This document shows, in pieces, positions 12,100 to 25,337 of a stretch of DNA of 64,000 bases (its first letter is position 1; the number at the start of each line of letters is the position of its first letter). The notes under the pieces are model-generated. The model was not told the origin of the DNA, searched no databases, and saw nothing but the letters and a program-made list of their open reading frames with translations. The translations under genes were made by a program, and so were the position numbers. Source of the stretch: Pavona decussata (lineage: Eukaryota). The stretch is from contig CDRNST010000045.1 of the NCBI GenBank assembly GCA_977016875.1, positions 124,001 through 188,000 on the forward strand, written 5' to 3'.

Positions 12100-12770
12100 A
12101 GACAGTAACACAGTCATAAACTTAAGCAATGTCACGGCTCTCACACAACTGCTTGCCAGGGGCTTTTCCTTTAACCCTACTCCACGCCACATTGACTGGA
12201 GTGAAATCCGAGCCGATTTTTATGAGTTAAGCCGACATATGTGACTCCTTGAGTTTTTTCATGACTATCCACCTCAGACCAATCCTAACCCATTTTGTCC
12301 TAAAGGTACATGGACCCCTCCTCCCCACGGGAACCAGCACTTGACACTTTTTTACACGCTGTGGAACATGACCTCTTCAATGGCACACCAGCTCCTGTAC
12401 GTTACAACTTGACTACACGCGAACGCGATGCTCTTAAACGTCTCAGTAGAGGCACTGACATTATCATCAAGTCAGCAGACAAGGGCTCGGCTGTAGTTGT
12501 TATGGAGAGTAACTGGTACATTAACGAATTTTCGCGACAATTAAACCACTCGAAATTCTACAAATCCTTAGACAAAGACATCACCACTGACATTCAAAAG
12601 CGCATACGGATTTACGAAGAACGCATGAACCGTAACAAGATTATTGACGATCACACTAAACGTTTTTCAATACTGACTGATCCCAAAGCCGGACGATTTT
12701 AGATATTACCCAAAATACATAAACAGCATAATCCCGGATGCCCCATTGTTTCTAGTAACTCTCACCCTAC
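12100..12770 (+). mobile_element. Penelope-like element, N-terminal domain and start of RT
   Basis: VINLSN..LLARGFSFNPTP...NLTTRERDALKRL...IIIKSADKGSAVVVM...GRF*ILPKIHKQHNPGCPIVS, containing the DKG and LPKIHK motifs. Confidence 0.9.
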
Positions 12771-13169
12771 GCACGTCTGGATTAAAGGAAATTTACCAGT
12801 AACAGTTCACTACTTTGACATCTGGCATGTCTCAAATGGTACGATGCTTTTTTGTTCAGATTGCTGTAATTAACACTTATACACTAGAGACACTACTGGC
12901 TTACAGCTTGCAGCAGATGCATGGTTCATGTACAAAAATCCCTCACAAAGCATTTTGCCACAGATATAAAGGCTTGTACTGTTTGACCTATATCGTAGAA
13001 TTATGGAAGTAACAGACTCTCGAAAGAAACAGTTCCCCGGAAGTAGCGGGAAGTAGCAGCCCCTTTGGCCCGGGGGGGGGGGGGGGGGGGGCATTGCTTT
13101 TGGAATTCAACAATAACATGGGTTGTTTACATCGTTACCTTTAAGGGTTAAGCAAGAAACTTGATAAGC

Positions 13170-14020
13170 TCGTCAAGTGAAAAAAAGGAATGTGAAGATT
13201 CCAAAGAGTGTCGCCAATCAGTATCAAGTCATATGTATTGGTGTACAGCATCTACCCCTAATGGTAGCGGGCAACTGATGCAAGAAAAATGGGAGATTTT
13301 ACCCTTTATATTCAAAAATCCAGAATGTGGGCATGGTGAGCTAGAGGGGAATGCCAATTTCCAAAGGCGATGGAACTAGTGCCCACAGTTCCAGAAATAA
13401 AAACAAAACCAACATATGATAAGATGAATGAAGGATTCATTAGTCAAGGAAAAAACTTTTAAACGTTTCTGCTTGGAAAAAAAAAAAGGTTTTTACCTGG
13501 TGCCATAGCTTACCATTTAAGTAAAAAATGCCAATAATTAATATGGCAAAACAGAATAACGTCACAGTATGTTGACATGTTTTCTATTACCTGATGGCAA
13601 ACAAAAAATGAAGAAATCACTAGTCAGTTTGTGGCAAGGTGTTAAAATTAACATTAGTTAATAATGCCTCCTTATTATAGATAACCACCATGGTTTCAAG
13701 TCCCTGTACCACCCTAAGAATGACCCTTCATACTCACACCAAATGAAACATTTTCTCTTTCGCTGACAAAGAATTATGGAGGCCTGGCACTGTATTCCCA
13801 TAACAACATTCGATGTATAACATATCCTCCCATTTAATAGGCTGTTGTTCTGATGCAATTGATCGACTGTTTACCAGCTACAAGACCAATCCAAGAGCCT
13901 TAAAAGGGTATAAGGCCAATTTACAGGTCAACGTTCCACCTCCTCTGGTTGCCTCTTACCAGACACCTGACAGATATGACTTGGCGCAGAATTTTATCAG
14001 GCGATATGCCCGCTCAAGTC
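13170..14020 (+). pseudogene. Kolobok-type transposase fragments
   Basis: SVSSHMYWCTASTPNGSGQLMQEKW...CGHGELEG and a downstream segment VPPPLVASYQTPDRYDLAQNFIRRY resemble the central and C-terminal parts of Kolobok transposases. Confidence 0.55.
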
Positions 14021-15399
14021 TTGTACACTACATCTTTATTGTCTGTCACTGAGCTGGTAACACATAAAGTGGCAGTCTTTATCTTTTCACGGCATGAAAC
14101 GTATTTCCTCCCGTCAAAATTGTTCAAATTTATTGTAGGATAAATTGATGTTAATAAACATGGAGATAAGGCCAAGGTGTACATTGTCATGTCACAGGAC
14201 TAACAAAGTATCGATGCTATTGTCACACAATGTGCAATCTTTACAAAGAGCTCCTATATTATAGAGTAACCGGAGACTTCATGTTCAAAGTACAAGCAGA
14301 ACAAGGAGCAATAGCTACTTATTTACTACAACTTATCCTTGTTTCCTAAGCAAAGTTCAGTATGCTTCCGTCTATTGTATACTTAATTCCACAAAGGTTC
14401 CATTCACCAGTTCACATGTTGATCACCTTTGCCTGCTCCCCTAAATTCCATGCACCACCTTTTACCTAAGCCAATTCTTTCAGGGCTTCGGCTCGTTCAC
14501 AACCACAAGTTTTCCCTCCCACCCTCTCTTGTGACTGGAACCTTTGTCTCGCCCTTTAATCCACACTACTTAAGTAGCTAACAACAACAACAACATTGTA
14601 TTGAAAATTAGAAATATAACTAATTATATTACTTTACTTTGTGTAACCCTTAGTACAACATCCTTTGTGGATTGAGAGGTGTTTGTATCAGTTTGCACAA
14701 TAATAATTATTTGTATCTCGTTACGTCTTAGAATGTTCCTGCAACACGTTTCCCTTCCTGCTTTGTGATAAAATAGTAGTGGCAGGAAAATGTAACCCTT
14801 GGCTGGACTTTACCCCACAGAAAGGCTTAGCCCTTGGAGACAGGTCCGGAAAAATATCCATTCCAGGGTGTAGATCCCCGGTCCCACCTGATCTGTATTC
14901 CACTAAGGAGGGCCCCTCCTGGCTCCCTTAGTTCCCTGTGACTAGGGGATATGGGCCTCACCCTCTGAGACTGATAAGGACCTCTGTCCAAGGTGGCTAC
15001 CCCCGGTACCACCTGATCTCGTCTCCCGCCAGGAGAGCTCTGCACCTGGTTCCCCTTACCCCTTGATTAGTTTGCTTCCTTGTCATCCAAATTTGCCCAT
15101 TACTTCTGCGTCGTGTTCTTTATGAAGAAATAGCTGGATACTTTTCCAGATCGAAAGAGTTCATTAACCCTGTGATAAAAAGATTTATGTGACATTGCCA
15201 GCATTCGCTTATTAGTATTGCCCACAATTGGGTGACAAATTAAAAGTTTGTGTTCATGTGACATAGCGTCACAAAACAGAAACTGGTTTTCAATTGGAAA
15301 ATAAGAAAAAATAGGAAAAAAATCAGAGTTCAGAAGCATATTGATAGTTAATTTTAACGTTAAACTTCGTATTTTGCTGCTTTGGAGAGTTTCCGCCAT

Positions 15400-15464
15400 G
15401 AACGCTTCAATTTTGGTTATGTGATGTGATACGTCACAGGTGTTGAACCACAACAGATAGCAAA
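15400..15464. promoter_or_regulatory. Putative 65-bp bidirectional promoter
   Basis: Divergent starts ATGGCG (minus, 15399) and AAAATGGCT (plus, 15465), with an ACGTCA CRE-like core between them. Confidence 0.4.
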
Positions 15465-16720
15465 ATGGCTGACTCAAATTCTAATAGTGAGCTCTCCGAT
15501 TCTGCCAGCGTTTCATCAATTTTGAGGCCATGATCGGAGATAACAGCGCCAAAGATTTAATGGAACCCTTTTGCAGTATACAACCTTGGAACTTTGAGAC
15601 TCCATCTTGAACCAGAGAGATGCAAGAAAGAGAAGAAAATATGGAAGCTCCTCGTCGCTGTTATGATCTGGAAAACGAGGAATGCTGAGTTTATGAGGTC
15701 ACTGTACAGTGTGTGTGCAGTTTCTGTTCATGGCATCGTTCAATAATCTGCTAATTTTATCAAACCTAAAGTTACCTCTAATGTTTTTATTGCTGGAAGC
15801 TTAATTAAATCTGCTGTTGTACAACTTAATTATTGCTGAAGTTTTTCTTTACACTCTTCGTGTTTAATTAGTGTAATTCAGCTGCAGATTAATCTACAAG
15901 TAGCCGACAGCCTGTGTGCGTTTCAATGCTGGTACTTTCACCATAAATTGGTTTGTTACGCCGGTGTCAAGAGCAGTCTTATGAAAGTGACCTTGTTAGA
16001 TTTAAGCCGTGTTTCTTTTAGATGTACTTATCAGTCAAGTAATTAACTATTTCTATGCTCATATATTCTTTGTCTTCGTACCTCATGCCTTACCAATGCA
16101 GTAATGCTCATTTTCTGCTTTCTATTTTACGAGTTTTCTTAGAATCGGGGAGGAAATGTCCTGTTAAGTTGATGGCCCAGATTTAATTGATAATATAAGA
16201 CTTTTCCAGATTTACCTGTGTCGGTTATTCTGATGATCCCTTTCAAATCAGCTTGTACGGTCGACTCTTGAATATTTTTTTTGCTGTTAACCTAACTAAA
16301 TTATTGCTGTTTTCATGTTCGAGATTTATGTACCACTTTTTTGTGTGGTTTGTTCTGTTAAACATGGACTGGTTATGAATAATTATGAAGCATGTATAAA
16401 TGAGAGAATCCTTCTTCTATATGTGTTATTGGACTGATTAGTTTTGGAAGAAATTAAGACTTCATTTGGGCTGACTTACTAGGTGTATCTGTGGCAACTG
16501 CCAGCAGATGTCGCAAGAAGGGGAGTACATCTGCTGCCAGGAAATAGACCCTGTAAAACGAAAAAACCTGGAGGCTGTTGAAGTGGCACAGTTAAAGAAC
16601 CCCCAAGCTGTATTGTAAATCACCCTGGGTTTCATCCAGCCTGATTAAATGTCTGGGTCTTGCAGACTGCTTGGTTCCAGTATAAACAGCAGTATACAAA
16701 AGATGCCTATGAGGGCCCTG
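15465..16720 (+). pseudogene. P2X7 C-terminal (ballast)/KolX-like cysteine-rich gene, two exons
   Basis: Exon 1 (15465-15684) reads MADSNS...IQPWNFE...DLENEE with a mutated donor (CTGAGT). Exon 2 from 16483 reads CICGNCQQM...YICCQEI...CIVNHPGFHPA*LNVWVLQTAWFQYKQQY. Confidence 0.75.
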
Positions 16721-17130
16721 TATTAAAGTCTACAACATTTGAGCCACCTAGACATGAAATGAAATAATGTCCTTTGTGATAATGATGTGATAATAATTAC
16801 AATGTAATATGACTTGTGATAACAATGTTATTTTCTAACTAAATGCTGGAAAAATGTAGCAAATACCATCAGAGGCTTAGTGTTTATTTATTATCATTAA
16901 TGCATTGAAGAATATTTTAAAATCTCACATGTATGTGTCTGGTACTTTCACACCTATAAATCAGACAAAATATATCGTTTTAATAATAGTCAGTACAGGA
17001 ACAATTCAAAACAAAGGAAATAGAGTAATGATAAAGTGCACTCAAACTAGGCTACACATAGCTACTCACTTTACAATAATATTTATTGACATTATAATTA
17101 TACTAATTGTGTTTCATTTCATTTCAATAG

Positions 17131-17930
17131 GCAAAGTAAGACCCAAAATACAGACACTGCTGGATTCCCTTACAGAGCTCAGTAAACTACTCTACTTGCC
17201 AACCCAATCACGCTCCCCAAAGTTAGTGCTACGTCTTCACAACCAAGCATTCATCCACGCCATGATATGCAAAGAAGTCATTGGGCAGCCAAAGTCTCTA
17301 ACGAGCAGAAAGTTCTATGGTAGGTACTTGCATTCCCTAACAGCTCATGCTGGCAAACAGAGTAGGATTATCTCAGCAAAGTCCACCAACACAGACGAGG
17401 AAGAAAGGCACTTCAACACACTGCAAAGTGTCACCAGGTTGACTAGCAGGAGACCTGGTGATATCATCACTCCAAGTCTGATACGCCTTCAAGCTGAACA
17501 GAAGCTTGTAGAAAGTAAGCAAGGCAATGCTGTTAAAGTGCAAGAATCACAGATTTCAAAATACTACAGCACTCTACCACCACTGCCCAACACAACTGTA
17601 CCTAATCGCTATACTATCAACAATCCCAATGAGTTCCAAGCCCATTTACAAGCTATCGGTGACTTCATTTCCTGTGGCGAAGGTGTTTGGTGGCGTCAGA
17701 TCTTGTTATGAGTGGAATGTTTCGATGGCCCCGATAAACCAAATACCAGACCCGAGGGACCAACCCTTCACCACTTCAGATCAAGTGATCTCAAAACTGA
17801 AGAACACCTTCATCACTGCTGGGAGAGATGCTTGAATGATGATGCCATTGTAATCCCGCAGAGAATCATCAGATTGTATGAGCAAATGGGTGACTGCACC
17901 AAAATCATACACAATTTTTCTAAACAGGGA
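17131..17930 (+). pseudogene. C-terminal half of a DDE transposase with an H-x4-H...E arrangement (RAG1/Transib/CMC-like)
   Basis: After the acceptor at 17130: RKFYGRYLHSLTAHAGKQSRIISAKSTNTDEEERHFN parallels the RAG1 YFHKTLAH...SEGNE arrangement; frameshift near 17705; acidic tail continues to about 18470. Confidence 0.5.
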
Positions 17931-19639
17931 GAATGATGAGCATACATCAGATCAGCAAGGTACATGTACATATGCAGATGATGCAACAAAACTGCAAAAC
18001 TAGGGAGAATATCCTGGCATGGTTGATGCAGATAAAATTGGAGAAGAGAGCGATGAGGATGAAAGTGGGGAAGAGATATCAGGGCTGGAAGCGGTACTCA
18101 CACCTGTTGACTACACTGATGATGAGGATGAAGATGATAAAGAAGTTTCAGAGTTACAAACTCTTGCAGCACCATGTACAGAAACATTAACAAGGATGGC
18201 AAGTGAGCAGCCACAAAATAACAATGACATCAGCAATATAGGTGGGAGTCAGTTTCATCAACCAAGATGTAAAGATGTGCTCAGTGCTAAAAGAAGCCAT
18301 GACAATAGAAACTCTCATCCTCTTTCCAAGTCTTACTATCCACAAGTACCGGGAAAAAAAATCAAATCCAAACTTTACAAAAATCTAATGAAGATACTTG
18401 GGGAGACAGACTGTTTAAGTTCAAATTTATTCAAAAATGTTCAAGATAAAATTCAAAGACAACACTAACCCGCAAGTAGCTAGAGCTTATCTAGGCGGGT
18501 TGTGAGAAGACTAATTTACAAGAATTAATTACAGTTTACAGAAATCTATATACAATTTGTCAGTGAGCCATAGAAACATTGAAAAAAAGAAAGAAAAAAA
18601 ATATAAATTGCTATACTCTACACAAATTGGACACTGCAAGACAAAACCTGAAAGAACATCCCACAAACGACTTTTACAAAAATAAATAATAAAAAATTAC
18701 CAAAGCCTTCTTGCACCTGTACAGACCCAAATACTGGCTCATCACAAAGCTCTTAAAAAAATCACAAAGAATGGGAAAAACAATACTACCTCAGCCATGA
18801 CTACTCTGAGCCAAGCTTAGGTGAAGTAAGAAGAAACAAGGAGCAGTGTTCAATTTACAAAAATATGCTCTTGTGTGAAAAACTTTTAAAATACTTTAAA
18901 ATACTTCATTTATGAACAACCATAGTGTCTTTAAAATTTATATCACCTCTCCAGAGAACATACACTCTAAATGCACATGCATGATACATGTATATTTATA
19001 CATATGGGTAGAGAAAAAGAGCAACAGCAATTATCAGCAATTATATGTAAATAAGGATGAAAAATATAAGGATGAAAAATCTATATTTATCCACTTTAAA
19101 CAGTCATGTGTATTTTCTATAAATAAATAAATTAATCAAGCAATTTTATTTCCATGCATGAAGTTTCAAATTGCAATACATTCTGTGGGGTTTGTGTGTG
19201 TTTCTAATCACTTAAGGTAAATTCTCCTAACGTAACTTCAAAACACAGACAACGCTTCTAAGCTACGAGAAGTAACAATGGGATCATTTTCAGATACAAC
19301 AGTCCAAAAGAAGCAAACTTGCCATCTACAGTTTCGGAAACGGACCATCTAAATAAAGAAACTGCCGTTTAAAATAACCAACACAAAAATTTAATTATTT
19401 AGACAGCTTTAAAGCAAGGTTCGCGGTATTGTGAACTTCAAGCAATAAAAAGCAAGGCTTACCTTTATTGACGTTTGCCATCTGGGTTTTTCCACAAAAT
19501 GATCACCAAAAATAACCGGATCTAAGAAGTTTAGCGTGCTTCTTCAAAAAAAATACATAAACATGTCCAATCATCCATGGATATCGTTTAGCCAGCCACG
19601 CGCTTTCGGCCGCCATTTTGTTTCGTTTTGCTCAAGTTA

Positions 19640-22345
19640 GCTGTTAGTTCCCAGGACTCCTAATGTTTTGGAGCACCTATGTAACCTGGCCAAAAACAGA
19701 CCTTGGCCCTTGCCTTAATTTTCCTGAGCAGTTCAATTACGCAGGACTTTGTATTCCCATTCCTTCTCGACTGAATATTCCAGTGTGGTTTGCCTTGGTT
19801 CAAGACTACAAGGACAGTGTAATTTGTGATTTTTTGGAATTTGGTTGGCCCCTTGGTTACACTTCCCAGACCCTTCCGTTGTTTCACCTTTGAATTTTCC
19901 TTCTGTCGTTCACGACCATATCAGTAGCAAGATTTCACTTGGTCGAGTTGCGGGACTTTTCGATGCACCACCTTTCCCTGACGGTTTTGTAGTTTCTCCT
20001 CTAAATTTGGTGGCCAAGCATGCCTCTCAGGAACGAACAGTGATTGTGGATTTGAGCTGGCCTTGTGGCTCATCAATTAATGATGGTATTACTTCTGGTT
20101 CTTTTCTTGGCGAGCTCCTTGACCTGACTTATCCCACTATTGATGCCATCGTCAGGGTTGCATGCTATAAAAGCACGATCTCCAAAAAGTGTACCGCCAA
20201 TTCCCTGTCAATCCACATGACTATCATTTACTTGATTATCGCTGGAACAGGCAATTTTACTTTGCCACAGTTCTAATTATGGGTCTCCGTTCTGGTGGAA
20301 TGGCATATCGACGCTCCACGTTTGCAGTCATTTGGATTCTCAACTGGCGCGGACTTCATCATTTAATTATCTCAATGACTTTATTGGTGTTTCCCCGCCG
20401 ACTTTGGCAACATCACATTTCAATGAGGTTCGAGTTTTACTGCAACATCTTGAATTGATGAATTTATTGATAAATCATGTCCTCCTTCTTCAGTAATGAC
20501 GTGTTTGGGTGTCAAACTCAATACTCTTGACTTAACTTTATCTGTTGACTCTGACCGTTTAGCCGAAATTGAGAGTCTGTTACACATATGGTTACATAAA
20601 AGTACAACAACGAAATCACCTCTCCAGTCGCTCGTAGGCAAGTTGGCATTCTAAGTGTGTCCACCAAATTCACGTCTTCCTTATGCTGATTCTTCGTTTG
20701 TAACGTTCGGTAAAATTTAATCATTACCATATTAATCTCGATTCCGAATTTCGTAAAGACATTCAATGGTGGTGCAGGTTTTTGCGTGTATACAACGGTT
20801 TGTCCATGATCACCACACATACCTGGTCATCTCCTGGAGAGGTGTTTACCCCCCGACACTTGTTTAACCCGTTGTGGAGGCCTTTGTGCGCATTCTTATT
20901 TTTATGCAGGGTTTCCAGAGTTCATCTCCATCTTGCATCCTGACATTAATTCCTTAGAACCTTTGAACATTGTTGTTGCTCTTAAACTGTTGGGCCATCT
21001 TTGGCACAGCCTTCGTTTAAAGTGCCTAAGAGGCGAAAATCGTTTTTGTGTGGTCATAAAATTTGCACTTTGAAATATATGATTTTGAAGTTTTAGAGTG
21101 CTGGCGTAAGAATTGCGGATTTTACGAACTTTCAAAGTTGGGCTATTTTGCTCTCAAAATGGTCAGAGGACTGGGTCAAGTGACGTCACATTGGTGCCAA
21201 AAGTTTGTTTACTCTCATTCTGTTCTTGCCGCAAAAGAGGATTGTAGAAAGGGAAAAGCATGTCTAGCGATTCTGAAATGAGCAGCTCTTCTGACACATC
21301 AAGCAGCAACGATGAAGAAATATCCTTTCTTCTCTTCCGCCATGATAAATTGCAATTCTTGGCACCAACATGACGTCAGCAGTCATTGTCATATGGCATT
21401 TTGGCCGCGCGATTTGAATACCATTTTCGTGTGCAAAATAGCCCAACTTTGAGCGCTCACAAAATCGGCAATTTTTACCCCAGAAATCTCAAACTTTGAA
21501 ATCGCGTGTTTGAAAGGGTAAATTTGATAACTACCTAAAAACAATTTTCGCTTCATAGACACTTTAACTGTTAGGTGTGACAACGAAGTTGCAGTCACTG
21601 TGTTGAGCTACGGACGATGTCGCAATACATTTGTCAGTTCTTGTCTACGAGAAGTCTGTTTCTTGGCAGCCACACATGAGTTTGAGATTCAAGCAGTTCA
21701 TCTTCCTGGTGTGTTGAACCGTGACGCTGACATGCTTTTGCGCTGGAATGTGCCCTCACGTGCCAAAAACAATTCCTACACCGTGTTTACCGTCATCAAC
21801 TTATTGCAGTTTCTGTGCCAATATTATTGCTTTCTTCCATTTAGACAGTCCTGTCTAATTGACCGTTTTAATTGTCTTCATTGTAGATTTCTTAGAATCG
21901 TCTGCATTGAGAAAGGATTGAAAATCCACCCTTTGTTCTGCTTATAGTGCTGGAACATTTAGTAATTTAAAGACTCAATTAAAAGCCTTTTTGTTATCTT
22001 GTACATATTTCCAATTTACCCCGACACAAGCTGCATTGGAGACTATTTGTCTGTATGTGCAATTTCGTACTTGTACTCTTAGTCCTTCAGCTATTTGTAA
22101 GGAGGTAAGCTGTTACATTTGTTGTCAAGGCTAGACTTTCCCTTTAAAAAGGATTTTCTAGTCTCGTTGATGTTGCGTGGCATTGCTTGCAACCCGCTCC
22201 AGACCCCATGCAGAGCTCCCCCAGTTACTCCAGATATTTTGTGTAAAATTTTTAGGGTTTTAGATTTTAAGAACGATCCTATTTTGTGCACGCTGTTTTG
22301 AGCCTTTCTATTAACCTTCTTTTTATGGGGCAGTTAGCAAATTAT
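19640..22345 (+). mobile_element. DIRS/Ngaro tyrosine-recombinase retrotransposon remnant (RT, RNase H, YR)
   Basis: DFLEFGWPLGY, VVSPLNLVAK..RTVIVDLSWPCGSSINDGI and YRQFPVNP (RT); INSLEPL...RCDNEVAV...AVHLPGVLNRDADML (RNase H); downstream LRGIA...RAPPVTPDIL (YR N-terminal half). Many stops and frameshifts. Confidence 0.88.
21021..21563. mobile_element. Kolobok-type MITE with TTAA TSD inside the DIRS/Ngaro RNase H
   Basis: TTAA|AGTGCCTAAGAGGCGAAAAT...ATTTTCGCTTCATAGACACT|TTAA; excision restores HLWHSLRLTVRCDN. Confidence 0.88.
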
Positions 22346-25337
22346 TACCTTCAGCAATGTTAAAACGTCTGAGTAAACAAAATTGGTTAGATCAATTTTT
22401 GGTTTTCAAGATATCAAACAGCATTGATAAAAGCTAACCTCTTACTAGGGAATTCAACTTCATTTCAAACTCAGCAAAACATTTTTTGTTTAGCATCAAT
22501 TAGCTTCTTTTCCAGTAGCATGATATTTTTCTGCCAGATGGATGTCATCGCCATCATATCGTAATCGTTCCTTTGGCTGAAATAAGGGACAACTTGTGGT
22601 CTCCCTAATTGGAAGTAACTATATTTGTCGCGGTTTTGTTAATTAGCACTTTACGATTTAGTCCTTATTTTCCGTACCTCTCTTGGTGTTAATTGTATCC
22701 AGCACTTTCATTCCATCCTGAAGAATTTTCAAACCATATGTCAGTTCAGTCTCATATAACATCTACTACATTTTCATTTTATCACTCGCTCACCTAAATC
22801 AAACAATTGGTAAGTGTTTTTCAGTTGTCCAGTTTTGGTTTCAATTGTCTATTTCGCATTCATTTTATAGTTGTTCTTAGTTGTTTTAGTGTTTTCTCTG
22901 TTAGGTATTTTACTGAACCCCTTGGTTCAAGTAAAGAAATTGTTGAATTCGAAACCTGTGAGTCTACGTGGCCCTCGCCACTTCAATATTCTTTCGTGAT
23001 TCCACCACATGCGGTAATATTTTAGCTTTTCCGACACAAACAAGCCTGTTTGTTATTGCAAATTAAAATTCACTTTTGCGTCGCCACAACCTTTTAAGTA
23101 CAAGGAAGCAAACGTAAGCACACATCAATTAAAAAAGTACTCTTACACCTGTCTCCTTAATCAACATATGGAAATTGTGCGTTACTCGGACAACAAGGGA
23201 ACCTTAATGACGTCAGTTACATCTGCCTGCTGGGGTTCCAGTTATAACACGCACATTTCTTTGAGCATTTTGTATTTGATTTTAAGATGACAAACAATGT
23301 TAAGAGTGGCTGTTTTTTTCTTAGCAAAAGCTGTTGCCGTCGTTTTAAAAGATTTGTTTTGCCAACTAATCCACGAGACGAACGGAGCAAACAAAAGTTA
23401 CAGATGATTAGGCAATACGTCTGTGTTCAAAGGCTAACTAGGTCCTGACAAAAATATTTGCCTTGTGCACACATGTGGTTAGTTCTTTGCACTGCAGGCG
23501 ATCTAGGTAAAGACCAGAAACATTGTGGCGGCTCTTGTAATCAAATTGAGACCTCTCATCAAAAGAAAGTGCCAATCGTCAAGATAATGATAGTCTCATT
23601 TATCAAGAAACCTATTTCTTGTATTTATATGGTCAATCTCTAGCAAACTGGCATGATACAGGTCAGCACAGCAGGTATTGAAATCGGAGTGGGAAGACGT
23701 ATATATTAAGCGTATGGGAAAATTGCCTACCACATACACATGGCCATGGAGAAGCAATCTTGAAATCTCCTGCCTCCGGGCCATGCGTATGGGCTATTAG
23801 CGCTAAACACGCTGATGCCCATAGTGGGATCTATTGGAGATATATTGGTGATACTAACTATAATCAAGACTCGGACACTTCGGGTGACGTCCAACTATTG
23901 GCTAGCAAGCCTAGCCCTTCAATTACTGCAGGAAACCGGCGAGAAAAAAAAGGAAAGAAAAGTGACGACGGCAACAGGTCTTGAACGCACGAACCAGAAT
24001 TACCGCGCATATGGCGTGCTTAACTTCCCGTGCTAAACAAGAATATCTATGTAATGGTTTTAGTCATCGAACACAGCTTTCGTTTCACTTCATTATCCCG
24101 AACACGAAAAGCAAATTTAAAGTATTCAAATAACAAACTTGTAAGAGGATAATAACAATAATAATAAAAATAATCAATACTTATAAGTTATATAGCGCCT
24201 ATCCAGTTTTGCTCTAGGTGCTTCATAAAATTATCACCTAATCAAACTTAAAAATGGTTTCTGAGTGTTTGACTGTGCCCTTCTTCTTTAATAAGGAGTT
24301 GTTTAGGGAAGAAAATTCAACGTCGTGTAAATCAATACTGCAATCTATTGGACCGTTACTGTAATAGAACGTCGATCGTGTTCGTTGGCAAACCTTTATC
24401 ATAAGTTCGACTGTGTTATCATGTTCGACTGAGTTCGGCAATCGAACAAACAATGTTTGTTTGGGTTCGATAACTGAACGTGTGATTAGATATCTCGGGA
24501 ACTTAACAAAGCTATTGTCGTGGATTACAGGTCGCTGTTTAATGTGTCGGTGTTATTAGTAGCGATTTAAACAGAACTTTATTAATCGAAGATGGGTTAA
24601 TTTCGACACGAACTTGATGGGTTAATTTTTTAAAAAAGAGGAAAAATTGTTTAAAATGAAATCGACAGACCTTGCTAGCTCAAGTCGACGGGCCGATGCG
24701 TCATCTTTTGCACGCTTACGATTTGACCCTTCCACTGATTCAAGCTTATTTTTTTGTCGTTCTTTGGCGCGATTTCAACAGAATGAACTTCGACATAAAC
24801 GTTAATGGTTTAATTTTCTTTGAGACGAAGAAAAAAAAAAAGAATCCAGGGGCCTGAATCGAACTGACGTCCCCATCGACTGGACCGCACACTATGTTAA
24901 TTCCTTGGCCACCGAAGAAACTCCTCTAATCGAAGTGAATTTCAATGAGCACATTGTAACATCGGAACGACTTACAAGCGCAAAAAGCCACGCTTCGCTG
25001 CTTTGAAACAAAAGGTTTCTTTTGTTTCTCTTTCGAACAAAAGATTGCAAAGACACGCCGCCAACAAAAACTTGTTTCTTTGCATACGTTATTTCTCGAA
25101 AACAAAGCGTGAACCAACAAAAAAACAATACAGAGCAATGTTTTTTGCCATTAATTCGAAGGCCACATGCGAAAATTCAGGCACCTTTGACAAAAAAAAA
25201 ATTCAAGCAAACTTTCCACTTAGCATAGTTTTCCACCAAGCCCTTCAATTTGTTATTTAGGTTTACAATAGCATAGACCTGTTAGGGCTGAAGACTAAAC
25301 CTTAAGAGCCTACACAATATGCCAACAGCGTTGCTGG

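Noticed and set aside
14220-15060. Possible LTR or leader of a minus-strand retrotransposon
   Set aside because: GC-richer and leader-like, but I found no convincing PBS, paired LTR or gag motif.
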